A program made the translations under genes and the position numbers. Of a DNA stretch of 64,000 nucleotides, positions 10,708 to 25,257 are shown piece after piece. The notes under the pieces are model-generated. The model worked only from the letters and a program-made list of their open reading frames with translations, was not told the DNA's origin and searched no databases. Numbering within the stretch: position 1 is the first letter of the stretch; every line of letters starts with the position of its first letter. Origin of the DNA: Thalia democratica (taxonomy: Eukaryota); assembly GCA_965202585.1 (NCBI GenBank), contig OZ241834.1, forward strand, positions 25,730,001-25,794,000, in the 5' to 3' direction.

Positions 10708-12529
10708 GATGAATGAATAATAAAGCGACCAAAACGATACTTGCAAGAGTTACTGACTGTGACGAATTGACTGTCGAGCAGTTATGCTTTGCAAGGTACC
10801 TTTTACTTCTTAGCATTTTTGCATTAGCATGTTTGTTTAACACATATATGCTTATAAAAACTTAGTTGTCTTATTACGAATGTTGAAAAAGTTCCAGTAA
10901 GAAAGAAACCATATCTAACTTGTTCTAAAAGTAATTTTTTTTAAAGCATTAGTTTGAAAAGTCCAGAAATAACAGCCTGTATCTTACAGCACACCTCTAA
11001 ATACATTAAGAAAAACATAAATGAAACAAAACATGTTAACACACTCCCGACTGAGTTTTCCTTTGCCGCTCACCTAAAGTAATAAAGTTTTAACAAAGCA
11101 CAAGGTTTTTTTTTACCTCAAACTTAAACAAAGTTTCATTATATCGATTTCATGGAGTTTTGTTAATCGTAAGTTCTATCAAGTATGTTCAAGTTAATTA
11201 CAGTTTAAACTAATGTGTAAAAAGTAATTTCAAAAGAATAAAAGAGTTCATTTTGTTTAGCTTTACTAGTTATGATTACTCATAATCAATATACTCATAA
11301 GCAATGTACTCAAAACTTTTATTAAACAGACAACTAGATAACTTTGTTCTTGCACATACTAGTAACTTACCTTACAACAATGTTTTCCAAACAACCTTTC
11401 AAAAACGTACTGTACAGTAACTATGATGATACTTGTTTGAAAGTTGTAAACTACGTTTAAACACAAATTTTATTTTCCAGTGTATATGAAAAACTAGTTT
11501 AACAGGTAAGTAGTTTAACATTCAATTGGTGTTTCAAACAACTGATTCAAGCTGTTATACAGTTTAAAAAATAACTGATGCGATTTTGCTCGTTAAACTT
11601 AAACCTTGATCAAACTAAGAACTTTAACTTTGCAGATTTCAACCGAATAAAGTGTGCTGATAAAAGTGAACAAATGGATTTGGTTGTAAATTTTTCAAAC
11701 AAAATAAAGTTAATTAAATTCAAAGAAGTAAATAAGTCGAAAAAGCTTATGAACACTAGCACTAAATTTGAACTTAAACAAAAGCTGATATCTTTTGGAT
11801 GAAAAATTTTACGTAAAAAAAGAGGTTGGTTTATTTTTTAAGCAGCATTATATACAAAATAAAATCGAGTAAGAAAATCGAAATGAAAAAGTTTTGAAGT
11901 AAAATTGACAAACTTAGTGTTTGAATAAAGCTTTGTTTACAATCAGCACTCATAACCTTTCAATCTATCTTTGAAACTTTTTAACTGGAAAATAATGCAA
12001 CTAGGTTTTTTTTTCAAACTTTGTTTTGTCACTTCTCATAAAGTTTTAAAGTCAGTCGAAACAACATAGATACTGACACATATTTTGAAACAACAACAGT
12101 ACTGTTTTTTAAAGTTTACGATTGAAGTGTTTACCAAGTTAAACATGTGTTTTAACTGCTTTACTGCTAATAGTAATTTCCTAGTTTACTCAACCTAGAT
12201 TAATCATAATGTTCTGTACCATTGATTTCATTGACTAAATGTTTTGCTTTTCGAAATTCGTAACTAGTTATCTCTAACTTACTGTTAATGTAGTTAAAAA
12301 CACAGCTTAGGATAAGTTACATTTTATTCTCGGATGTCGTTAAGAACATAGCTGTTGTAGCAATAACATATAAACTTGAAGCAAAGTAACTGTTATCTTA
12401 TTCAATTATAGACCATATAAAACAAAGTATTTGCTTGATTCAAAGTTTTACATTGTAGTTTGCCTATTATGGAACTTGTACTGTCACATAATAGGCTGTA
12501 AAAAAATGAAGGCTAAAAAAGTTTTTGTC

Positions 12530-15230
12530 TTGCTTTGTCCAATTTTTCTTCTTCTTTACATTTATAAAAACTACACAGCTTAAAGCAACAAGTTACAGTA
12601 ATTTTGCTTTCTTATGTATAGCGTACTTAAGGGTAACAAACAAGTGGTAACAAGTTTTTTACTTCTTTTCTTTGTACCATGTTTCAGCTAATCAATTGGT
12701 TTATTTCATATGCTTGACAAGATTAGAAAGCTTAAATCAAGTAAGTAGATGTAAGCTTTGTAAAATAAAAGATTTATTTATACAAGTTCATCATTTTATT
12801 AAGGTATTTTGTTTTGTAAATTGCGTACTTGTTAATAGCGTTCTCTTTCTTTTGAACAAACGATGTTGTTTACATTTATGTGTTACACCAGTTTTGAATT
12901 GTTAAGCATGTTTCAGTTGTAGTTTAATTGTAATTGAACAGTATTTTTTAAGGACACTAAACATTGTTTGTTATTAACAGTTTAAAACGTTTTCAGTTAA
13001 TAAGTCAAAGTTTTATTTCTGTTTAAGCGTACTATTTTCATTGAAAAATAAAAATAGTTTTTACAGTGACGTAGGCACAGTTTTTTTTAATAAACTAAAA
13101 AACAAATGAAATATTGAATTAAAAAATGTCCACAAAGTAAGCATGAATAAGAATAAGTTTTATTTGGAAAAGAAAGTTAAAAGGAAAAAGGCCACGAAAA
13201 AGACACTCAAGTTAGTTAAAGCTTTTCACTAAGCATTCGACAATAGTAAGCAATAAAGTAAGGATTAGAGCAGTTATCTAGCTAGAGTTCCTTTCTTAAC
13301 AGTTGCATAAAAAAAGTACAGTAGAGAAATTGTAGCGAGCTAGGTATTTAATAAATAATGGGTTTATAGTTTGGAGGGAAATTGTTTTTTGATTCTTTTT
13401 CACCACAAAGTTGATTAAGTGTGTGTATTTGTGTTGTTGAGTTTAGTAGTCATTAGTAGCTTGTGTATTTAATTGGTGATCCACCTAATCTTTAGATTCA
13501 AAAAGTACATAGCTTAAAACAAACAAGTATCGTCGTTTTGAGTTGTCTCATACATAGTTTAAAAAAGAGTTACAAAAAATGGTAACAAGCTGTTCCATTT
13601 TTACCTTGGAATCATGTCGTTATTTGTCATAGCCACAGAAAAAATGAGTTCAACAAAACAAGTATGAGCTTTGTAAGCAGAAAGATTATTTCAATTGTAT
13701 GTTTGTTTTAAACAATCACTGTTGTTTACATTACTGTTCAACTTTTAAACAGTTTTTTATTGTTTCATTTGCATTCTGATAAGTAAAACTAATACTTATT
13801 TGACAATCAGACCTTAAATAAATATCATTGAGCATTTTTAGTATCAAAGCAAAGTAAATGTTTCTTCTCATTTAATATAATGTCTTATTTAAGCATAATT
13901 TTTTATTTAGTGACAGATTGATTTTTTTATTAAACTAACAACAAATATCTATTGAGTGTTTGAAAAACAAGTTTACAAAGTAAAATGAACTAGAATAAGT
14001 TTTGTTTAAACAATAAGTTAAACAAGAAAATTCCCATTAAAAAACATTTTTACCTAACATTTAAATACTAGTGAAGCAGAAAAACTTATTCTACATTATC
14101 AAAAGTAGTTTAAAATGTCAAGTAGAACTACAAAAACTAAAGTAAGTGTAACTAACTAGTAGAAACAAAAACAGAGAAATTCAGCTTTAGAAAGTTTATT
14201 TAGAAGTTATTGAAACACACTAACTGTTACTTTTTACCAACACGCACAATGTAGATATAAATTTGTACATTTTTTTGTCGCTTAGTTTAAGCTTGTTTGA
14301 CACTGTTTACTCGACATTAGTAGCTGCTTAAATCAACTGGTGGTCCTGATTACTTTAGATATGTAGAAACATAACTTTCAACAAACTACTAGAGTTGTTA
14401 AAGGTCAGTAAGTTGTCTCATATCTAGTTAAAACAAGTACCTTTTACTTTGAAAACTAGAATAATAAATTACTTAAAAAAGTACAAGCAGTTACTTTTTT
14501 GTGTTTTACCAAGTTTCAACCAATGAGCTGGTTTGTTTTGTGTGTTTATGTTTTGAATTGAAAATGTTTCTTGAATATGCTAAACAGAAGTTAGCTTTGA
14601 AAGAAGGAATATGTTATTTTACTTGAAAAACACATCTGTAATTTTTTGTCTTGAACAACCATTTTTGTATTCATTTATGTATTCGTAACTTTTTAAAACG
14701 TGTTACATGGCTTCAATTGCAGTTAAGTTGATAAGAAGAACTCGTTTAAAAAGTTAAAGCTCGGTTGTGTTACTAATAATCAACAACAACTTAAAATAAA
14801 GTTACAACTAAGTTTTTGCATGTTATAAGTGATATACATTTTTGTTTAAAAAGATGATACTTTTTTGTAAGCACTTATTTATTGAATGTTTCAACAGAAC
14901 TTCAGCAAATGAATAAAAACAAGTGTTTTGTACAAAAAGTATTCAGATGAAAAATCTTACGGACAACAAAATCAAGTTAGTTAAACATCTTTTACAAACC
15001 ATTTGATTACAAGCACTACTACTGTTTTTAGACTAATGCAATGCTTTTTCTACAATATAACGAGTTACAAGTTTATAAAGTATTTGAAACAAAAAAAAAG
15101 TGTGTTCATTCAAGTATATGAGTTTTTAATTTACACAAATAAGAATTTATTTGTACTAAGCTTATATTCTTGTACTTTAAGTAAACATGAACAGCTGGTT
15201 CTATTCAAATGGTGGTCCTGAAAAGGACCG
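12530..15230. repeat. Degenerate ~850-930-bp tandem sub-repeat (about 3 copies) in the spacer; recurs in every type B unit and truncated in type A
   Basis: 12850-12876 vs 13706-13732: 23/27 identical. 13143-13180 resembles 13985-14021. 13207-13220 = 14972-14985 (14/14). 14315-14349 vs 15186-15221: 28/36. Confidence 0.75.
15214..15229 (-). terminator. Histone 3' stem-loop of H2B, type B
   Basis: GGTCCT-TTTC-AGGACC-ACCA; recurs every +7275. Confidence 0.95.
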
Positions 15231-15242
15231 GTTGTTTAGCGT

Positions 15243-15602
15243 TTATTTTGAGCTGGTGTATTTGGTAACAGCTTTAGTTCCTTCTGAAACTGCGTGCTTT
15301 GACAACTCGCCGGGGAGCAAGAGCCTGACAGCAGTTTGAATTTCGCGGCTGCTAACAGTTGACCTCTTGTTGTAATGAGCCAAACGTGAAGCCTCTGCTG
15401 CAATGCGCTCGAAGATGTCGTTGACAAATGAGTTCATGATTCCCATTGCCTTGCTGGAAATTCCGGTGTCGGGGTGCACTTGCTTCAAAACTTTGTACAC
15501 ATAGATGCCAAAGCTTTCTTTGTTCCTCCTCCTTCGCTTCTTCTTGCCGTCGACCGGAGCGGTCTTGGCTACTGACTTCTTCGCGCCTTTGGTTGCTGTC
15601 AT
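15243..15602 (-). CDS. H2B: Histone H2B, unit 3
   Basis: Same protein; type B alleles. Confidence 0.98.
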   Translation of the reverse strand: MTATKGAKKSVAKTAPVDGKKKRRRRNKESFGIYVYKVLKQVHPDTGISSKAMGIMNSFVNDIFERIAAEASRLAHYNKRSTVSSREIQTAVRLLLPGELSKHAVSEGTKAVTKYTSSK

Positions 15603-15766
15603 GATGATGTGTGGACTTCTGTCTCGGCGCCAGTTTATATGCTGAAAAATTATGCAAATTAGCATAGTTCCGTACGCGAACGATAGCTGGTTTCTCTCAC
15701 TTCACAATTCTCTCGTTTGTTGTAAATATTTTGGTGGTCCTGAAAAGGACCTGGTTTTTTTTTAAC

Positions 15767-16147
15767 TTAGGCTGACTTTTTTGAAGCGGTCTTCTTAGGC
15801 AATAGTACTGCCTGGATGTTTGGAAGAACACCACCTTGAGCAATTGTGACGCCTCCGAGAAGTTTGTTCAACTCTTCGTCGTTGCGAATAGCTAGTTGCA
15901 AATGGCGAGGAATGATCCTGCTTTTCTTGTTGTCACGAGCAGCGTTACCGGCAAGCTCGAGCACTTCTGCGCTCAAGTACTCGAGAACGGCAGCCAGATA
16001 AACTGGAGCACCAGCTCCGACTCTTTGGCTGTAGTTGCCGGTGCGCAACAGGCGGTGCACGCGACCGACTGGAAACTGCAGTCCTGCACGGGAAGACCTG
16101 CTCTTCGGCTTAGATTTGAGTTTTGATCCTTTACCACGTCCTGACAT
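15767..16147 (-). CDS. H2A: Histone H2A, unit 3
   Basis: Same protein. Confidence 0.98.
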   Translation of the reverse strand: MSGRGKGSKLKSKPKSRSSRAGLQFPVGRVHRLLRTGNYSQRVGAGAPVYLAAVLEYLSAEVLELAGNAARDNKKSRIIPRHLQLAIRNDEELNKLLGGVTIAQGGVLPNIQAVLLPKKTASKKSA

Positions 16148-16329
16148 TTTGTTGTTCGAATGATTGTGATGATAGCTTGCACAGCTCACTATAAAACTCA
16201 TACCTAACCGCGTCGAACGAAAAACTAATTTGCATATGTCATAGCTAATGCTTAATCTTGTCAAAAGTGTTGTAAAACTTTTATATTGAATTAGGTGGTC
16301 CTAAAAAGGACCGGGTTTGCTAAAAGCGA

Positions 16330-16677
<348 letters not shown>

Positions 16678-16829
16678 TTATATACAAGCTGTTACGGACG
16701 CGTACGGTTACTACTAACTAATTTGCATACTCAAAAAAGTCTCTTAACTTACATTTTTTCGTTCGGTTAAGTTTTTCTCACTGTCAAAGTTTTAAGGTGG
16801 CCCTGAAAAGGACCGGTTTTAGCTAACGC

Positions 16830-17321
<492 letters not shown>

Positions 17322-17421
17322 CTAATTTGCATATTTTCAACTTAGCATTGTTTTATGCATTTCGAGTTGCGTTATATTTTGTTTGAGTGGTCCTGAAAAG
17401 GACCTTGGGTAAAAGAACAAC

Positions 17422-17982
17422 TTATTTTTTGCAGCTCTTCTTCTTGGATGCTTTTTTGGCTGCCGGCTTCTTCTTGGTTACTTTCTTCTTCTTGCTTGCA
17501 GCTTTTTTAGATGCTGCCTTCTTAGGAGCGCACTTTTTAGCAGGTCGCTTTTTGGCTGCTGGTTTTTTTGCAGCCTTCTTGGGAGCACACTTCTTTTTTG
17601 GTTTTTTAGCTGCGGCCTTCTTTGCTGCTGGCTTTTTAGCTACTTTCTTTGTCCTCTTCTTGGGCCCAGCAGCTGGCATTGGAGCAAGCTTGAACGAGCC
17701 AGAAGCGCCTTTTCCAGTTGTCTGGAGAAAAGCACCTTTGGTCACGCCGCTGGTAAGTGCTCTCTTCAAGTGAGAATTGGAAGCTGTGAGGTCAAGCTTG
17801 TAGGTGTCCGCAATAAACTTTTGTATCTTCTGGCGGGATGTACCTTTTCGTTCCTTCATTGCTCCAAGGGCAGAGCTAATCATTTCCCTGTAAGTAGGGT
17901 GCTCTGCCTTCTTGGCGCTTGGTCTCTTGGAGGACCTGGCTGCGGCTGGCGCTGGTACTGCTGCTACTGCTGTGGTAGACAT
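17422..17982 (-). CDS. H1: Histone H1, unit 3
   Basis: Type B H1 protein. Confidence 0.96.
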   Translation of the reverse strand: MSTTAVAAVPAPAAARSSKRPSAKKAEHPTYREMISSALGAMKERKGTSRQKIQKFIADTYKLDLTASNSHLKRALTSGVTKGAFLQTTGKGASGSFKLAPMPAAGPKKRTKKVAKKPAAKKAAAKKPKKKCAPKKAAKKPAAKKRPAKKCAPKKAASKKAASKKKKVTKKKPAAKKASKKKSCKK

Positions 17983-20900
17983 GATGAATGAATAATAAAG
18001 CGACCAAAACGATACTTGCAAGAGTTACTGACTGTGACGAATTGACTGTCGAGCAGTTATGCTTTGCAAGGTACCTTTTACTTCTTAGCATTTTTGCATT
18101 AGCATGTTTGTTTAACACATATATGCTTATAAAAACTTAGTTGTCTTATTACGAATGTTGAAAAAGTTCCAGTAAGAAAGAAACCATATCTAACTTGTTC
18201 TAAAAGTAATTTTTTTTAAAGCATTAGTTTGAAAAGTCCAGAAATAACAGCCTGTATCTTACAGCACACCTCTAAATACATTAAGAAAAACATAAATGAA
18301 ACAAAACATGTTAACACACTCCCGACTGAGTTTTCCTTTGCCGCTCACCTAAAGTAATAAAGTTTTAACAAAGCACAAGGTTTTTTTTTACCTCAAACTT
18401 AAACAAAGTTTCATTATATCGATTTCATGGAGTTTTGTTAATCGTAAGTTCTATCAAGTATGTTCAAGTTAATTACAGTTTAAACTAATGTGTAAAAAGT
18501 AATTTCAAAAGAATAAAAGAGTTCATTTTGTTTAGCTTTACTAGTTATGATTACTCATAATCAATATACTCATAAGCAATGTACTCAAAACTTTTATTAA
18601 ACAGACAACTAGATAACTTTGTTCTTGCACATACTAGTAACTTACCTTACAACAATGTTTTCCAAACAACCTTTCAAAAACGTACTGTACAGTAACTATG
18701 ATGATACTTGTTTGAAAGTTGTAAACTACGTTTAAACACAAATTTTATTTTCCAGTGTATATGAAAAACTAGTTTAACAGGTAAGTAGTTTAACATTCAA
18801 TTGGTGTTTCAAACAACTGATTCAAGCTGTTATACAGTTTAAAAAATAACTGATGCGATTTTGCTCGTTAAACTTAAACCTTGATCAAACTAAGAACTTT
18901 AACTTTGCAGATTTCAACCGAATAAAGTGTGCTGATAAAAGTGAACAAATGGATTTGGTTGTAAATTTTTCAAACAAAATAAAGTTAATTAAATTCAAAG
19001 AAGTAAATAAGTCGAAAAAGCTTATGAACACTAGCACTAAATTTGAACTTAAACAAAAGCTGATATCTTTTGGATGAAAAATTTTACGTAAAAAAAGAGG
19101 TTGGTTTATTTTTTAAGCAGCATTATATACAAAATAAAATCGAGTAAGAAAATCGAAATGAAAAAGTTTTGAAGTAAAATTGACAAACTTAGTGTTTGAA
19201 TAAAGCTTTGTTTACAATCAGCACTCATAACCTTTCAATCTATCTTTGAAACTTTTTAACTGGAAAATAATGCAACTAGGTTTTTTTTTCAAACTTTGTT
19301 TTGTCACTTCTCATAAAGTTTTAAAGTCAGTCGAAACAACATAGATACTGACACATATTTTGAAACAACAACAGTACTGTTTTTTAAAGTTTACGATTGA
19401 AGTGTTTACCAAGTTAAACATGTGTTTTAACTGCTTTACTGCTAATAGTAATTTCCTAGTTTACTCAACCTAGATTAATCATAATGTTCTGTACCATTGA
19501 TTTCATTGACTAAATGTTTTGCTTTTCGAAATTCGTAACTAGTTATCTCTAACTTACTGTTAATGTAGTTAAAAACACAGCTTAGGATAAGTTACATTTT
19601 ATTCTCGGATGTCGTTAAGAACATAGCTGTTGTAGCAATAACATATAAACTTGAAGCAAAGTAACTGTTATCTTATTCAATTATAGACCATATAAAACAA
19701 AGTATTTGCTTGATTCAAAGTTTTACATTGTAGTTTGCCTATTATGGAACTTGTACTGTCACATAATAGGCTGTAAAAAAATGAAGGCTAAAAAAGTTTT
19801 TGTCTTGCTTTGTCCAATTTTTCTTCTTCTTTACATTTATAAAAACTACACAGCTTAAAGCAACAAGTTACAGTAATTTTGCTTTCTTATGTATAGCGTA
19901 CTTAAGGGTAACAAACAAGTGGTAACAAGTTTTTTACTTCTTTTCTTTGTACCATGTTTCAGCTAATCAATTGGTTTATTTCATATGCTTGACAAGATTA
20001 GAAAGCTTAAATCAAGTAAGTAGATGTAAGCTTTGTAAAATAAAAGATTTATTTATACAAGTTCATCATTTTATTAAGGTATTTTGTTTTGTAAATTGCG
20101 TACTTGTTAATAGCGTTCTCTTTCTTTTGAACAAACGATGTTGTTTACATTTATGTGTTACACCAGTTTTGAATTGCTAAGCATGTTTCAGTTGTAGTTT
20201 AATTGTAATTGAACAGTATTTTTTAAGGACACTAAACATTGTTTGTTATTAACAGTTTAAAACGTTTTCAGTTAATAAGTCAAAGTTTTATTTCTGTTTA
20301 AGCGTACTATTTTCATTGAAAAATAAAAATAGTTTTTACAGTGACGTAGGCACAGTTTTTTTTAATAAACTAAAAAACAAATGAAATATTGAATTAAAAA
20401 ATGTCCACAAAGTAAGCATGAATAAGAATAAGTTTTATTTGGAAAAGAAAGTTAAAAGGAAAAAGGCCACGAAAAAGACACTCAAGTTAGTTAAAGCTTT
20501 TCACTAAGCATTCGACAATAGTAAGCAATAAAGTAAGGATTAGAGCAGTTATCTAGCTAGAGTTCCTTTCTTAACAGTTGCATAAAAAAAGTACAGTAGA
20601 GAAATTGTAGCGAGCTAGGTATTTAATAAATAATGGGTTTATAGTTTGGAGGGAAATTGTTTTTTGATTCTTTTTCACCACAAAGTTGATTAAGTGTGTG
20701 TATTTGTGTTGTTGAGTTTAGTAGTCATTAGTAGCTTGTGTATTTAATTGGTGATCCACCTAATCTTTAGATTCAAAAAGTACATAGCTTAAAACAAACA
20801 AGTATCGTCGTTTTGAGTTGTCTCATACATAGTTTAAAAAAGAGTTACAAAAAATGGTAACAAGCTGTTCCATTTTTACCTTGGAATCATGTCGTTATTT

Positions 20901-22517
20901 GTCATAGCCACAGAAAAAATGAGTTCAACAAAACAAGTATGAGCTTTGTAAGCAGAAAGATTATTTCAATTGTATGTTTGTTTTAAACAATCACTGTTGT
21001 TTACATTACTGTTCAACTTTTAAACAGTTTTTTATTGTTTCATTTGCATTCTGATAAGTAAAACTAATACTTATTTGACAATCAGACCTTAAATAAATAT
21101 CATTGAGCATTTTTAGTATCAAAGCAAAGTAAATGTTTCTTCTCATTTAATATAATGTCTTATTTAAGCATAATTTTTTATTTAGTGACAGATTGATTTT
21201 TTTATTAAACTAACAACAAATATCTATTGAGTGTTTGAAAAACAAGTTTACAAAGTAAAATGAACTAGAATAAGTTTTGTTTAAACAATAAGTTAAACAA
21301 GAAAATTCCCATTAAAAAACATTTTTACCTAACATTTAAATACTAGTGAAGCAGAAAAACTTATTCTACATTATCAAAAGTAGTTTAAAATGTCAAGTAG
21401 AACTACAAAAACTAAAGTAAGTGTAACTAACTAGTAGAAACAAAAACAGAGAAATTCAGCTTTAGAAAGTTTATTTAGAAGTTATTGAAACACACTAACT
21501 GTTACTTTTTACCAACACGCACAATGTAGATATAAATTTGTACATTTTTTTGTCGCTTAGTTTAAGCTTGTTTGACACTGTTTACTCGACATTAGTAGCT
21601 GCTTAAATCAACTGGTGGTCCTGATTACTTTAGATATGTAGAAACATAACTTTCAACAAACTACTAGAGTTGTTAAAGGTCAGTAAGTTGTCTCATATCT
21701 AGTTAAAACAAGTACCTTTTACTTTGAAAACTAGAATAATAAATTACTTAAAAAAGTACAAGCAGTTACTTTTTTGTGTTTTACCAAGTTTCAACCAATG
21801 AGCTGGTTTGTTTTGTGTGTTTATGTTTTGAATTGAAAATGTTTCTTGAATATGCTAAACAGAAGTTAGCTTTGAAAGAAGGAATATGTTATTTTACGTG
21901 AAAAACACATCTGTAATTTTTTGTCTTGAACAACCATTTTTGTATTCATTTATGTATTCGTAACTTTTTAAAACGTGTTACATGGCTTCAATTGCAGTTA
22001 AGTTGATAAGAAGAACTCGTTTAAAAAGTTAAAGCTCGGTTGTGTTACTAATAATCAACAACAACTTAAAATAAAGTTACAACTAAGTTTTTGCATGTTA
22101 TAAGTGATATACATTTTTGTTTAAAAAGATGATACTTTTTTGTAAGCACTTATTTATTGAATGTTTCAACAGAACTTCAGCAAATGAATAAAAACAAGTG
22201 TTTTGTACAAAAAGTATTCAGATGAAAAATCTTACGGACAACAAAATCAAGTTAGTTAAACATCTTTTACAAACCATTTGATTACAAGCACTACTACTGT
22301 TTTTAGACTAATGCAATGCTTTTTCTACAATATAACGAGCTACAAGTTTATAAAGTATTTGAAACAAAAAAAAAGTGTGTTCATTCAAGTATATGAGTTT
22401 TTAATTTACACAAATAAGAATTTATTTGTACTAAGCTTATATTCTTGTACTTTAAGTAAACATGAACAGCTGGTTCTATTCAAATGGTGGTCCTGAAAAG
22501 GACCGGTTGTTTAGCGT

Positions 22518-22877
22518 TTATTTTGAGCTGGTGTATTTGGTAACAGCTTTAGTTCCTTCTGAAACTGCGTGCTTTGACAACTCGCCGGGGAGCAAGAGCC
22601 TGACAGCAGTTTGAATTTCGCGGCTGCTAACAGTTGACCTCTTGTTGTAATGAGCCAAACGTGAAGCCTCTGCTGCAATGCGCTCGAAGATGTCGTTGAC
22701 AAATGAGTTCATGATTCCCATTGCCTTGCTGGAAATTCCGGTGTCGGGGTGCACTTGCTTCAAAACTTTGTACACATAGATGCCAAAGCTTTCTTTGTTC
22801 CTCCTCCTTCGCTTCTTCTTGCCGTCGACCGGAGCGGTCTTGGCTACTGACTTCTTCGCGCCTTTGGTTGCTGTCAT
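22518..22877 (-). CDS. H2B: Histone H2B, unit 4
   Basis: Same protein. Confidence 0.98.
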   Translation of the reverse strand: MTATKGAKKSVAKTAPVDGKKKRRRRNKESFGIYVYKVLKQVHPDTGISSKAMGIMNSFVNDIFERIAAEASRLAHYNKRSTVSSREIQTAVRLLLPGELSKHAVSEGTKAVTKYTSSK

Positions 22878-23041
22878 GATGATGTGTGGACTTCTGTCTC
22901 GGCGCCAGTTTATATGCTGAAAAATTATGCAAATTAGCATAGTTCCGTACGCGAACGATAGCTGGTTTCTCTCACTTCACAATTCTCTCGTTTGTTGTAA
23001 ATATTTTGGTGGTCCTGAAAAGGACCTGGTTTTTTTTTAAC

Positions 23042-23422
23042 TTAGGCTGACTTTTTTGAAGCGGTCTTCTTAGGCAATAGTACTGCCTGGATGTTTGGAA
23101 GAACACCACCTTGAGCAATTGTGACGCCTCCGAGAAGTTTGTTCAACTCTTCGTCGTTGCGAATAGCTAGTTGCAAATGGCGAGGAATGATCCTGCTTTT
23201 CTTGTTGTCACGAGCAGCGTTACCGGCAAGCTCGAGCACTTCTGCGCTCAAGTACTCGAGAACGGCAGCCAGATAAACTGGAGCACCAGCTCCGACTCTT
23301 TGGCTGTAGTTGCCGGTGCGCAACAGGCGGTGCACGCGACCGACTGGAAACTGCAGTCCTGCACGGGAAGACCTGCTCTTCGGCTTAGATTTGAGTTTTG
23401 ATCCTTTACCACGTCCTGACAT
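23042..23422 (-). CDS. H2A: Histone H2A, unit 4
   Basis: Same protein. Confidence 0.98.
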   Translation of the reverse strand: MSGRGKGSKLKSKPKSRSSRAGLQFPVGRVHRLLRTGNYSQRVGAGAPVYLAAVLEYLSAEVLELAGNAARDNKKSRIIPRHLQLAIRNDEELNKLLGGVTIAQGGVLPNIQAVLLPKKTASKKSA

Positions 23423-23604
23423 TTTGTTGTTCGAATGATTGTGATGATAGCTTGCACAGCTCACTATAAAACTCATACCTAACCGCGTCGAACGAAAAAC
23501 TAATTTGCATATGTCATAGCTAATGCTTAATCTTGTCAAAAGTGTTGTAAAACTTTTATATTGAATTAGGTGGTCCTAAAAAGGACCGGGTTTGCTAAAA
23601 GCGA

Positions 23605-23952
<348 letters not shown>

Positions 23953-24104
23953 TTATATACAAGCTGTTACGGACGCGTACGGTTACTACTAACTAATTTG
24001 CATACTCAAAAAAGTCTCTTAACTTACATTTTTTCGTTCGGTTAAGTTTTTCTCACTGTCAAAGTTTTAAGGTGGCCCTGAAAAGGACCGGTTTTAGCTA
24101 ACGC

Positions 24105-24596
<492 letters not shown>

Positions 24597-24696
24597 CTAA
24601 TTTGCATATTTTCAACTTAGCATTGTTTTATGCATTTCGAGTTGCGTTATATTTTGTTTGAGTGGTCCTGAAAAGGACCTTGGGTAAAAGAACAAC

Positions 24697-25257
24697 TTAT
24701 TTTTTGCAGCTCTTCTTCTTGGATGCTTTTTTGGCTGCCGGCTTCTTCTTGGTTACTTTCTTCTTCTTGCTTGCAGCTTTTTTAGATGCTGCCTTCTTAG
24801 GAGCGCACTTTTTAGCAGGTCGCTTTTTGGCTGCTGGTTTTTTTGCAGCCTTCTTGGGAGCACACTTCTTTTTTGGTTTTTTAGCTGCGGCCTTCTTTGC
24901 TGCTGGCTTTTTAGCTACTTTCTTTGTCCTCTTCTTGGGCCCAGCAGCTGGCATTGGAGCAAGCTTGAACGAGCCAGAAGCGCCTTTTCCAGTTGTCTGG
25001 AGAAAAGCACCTTTGGTCACGCCGCTGGTAAGTGCTCTCTTCAAGTGAGAATTGGAAGCTGTGAGGTCAAGCTTGTAGGTGTCCGCAATAAACTTTTGTA
25101 TCTTCTGGCGGGATGTACCTTTTCGTTCCTTCATTGCTCCAAGGGCAGAGCTAATCATTTCCCTGTAAGTAGGGTGCTCTGCCTTCTTGGCGCTTGGTCT
25201 CTTGGAGGACCTGGCTGCGGCTGGCGCTGGTACTGCTGCTACTGCTGTGGTAGACAT
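24697..25257 (-). CDS. H1: Histone H1, unit 4
   Basis: Type B H1 protein. Confidence 0.96.
   Translation of the reverse strand: MSTTAVAAVPAPAAARSSKRPSAKKAEHPTYREMISSALGAMKERKGTSRQKIQKFIADTYKLDLTASNSHLKRALTSGVTKGAFLQTTGKGASGSFKLAPMPAAGPKKRTKKVAKKPAAKKAAAKKPKKKCAPKKAAKKPAAKKRPAKKCAPKKAASKKAASKKKKVTKKKPAAKKASKKKSCKK

Noticed and set aside
14022-14676. Type B-specific 655-bp segment as a transposon or MITE insertion
   Set aside because: No terminal inverted repeats, target-site duplication or ORF. It is homologous to neighbouring sub-repeat copies, so it is better explained as a deletion in type A.
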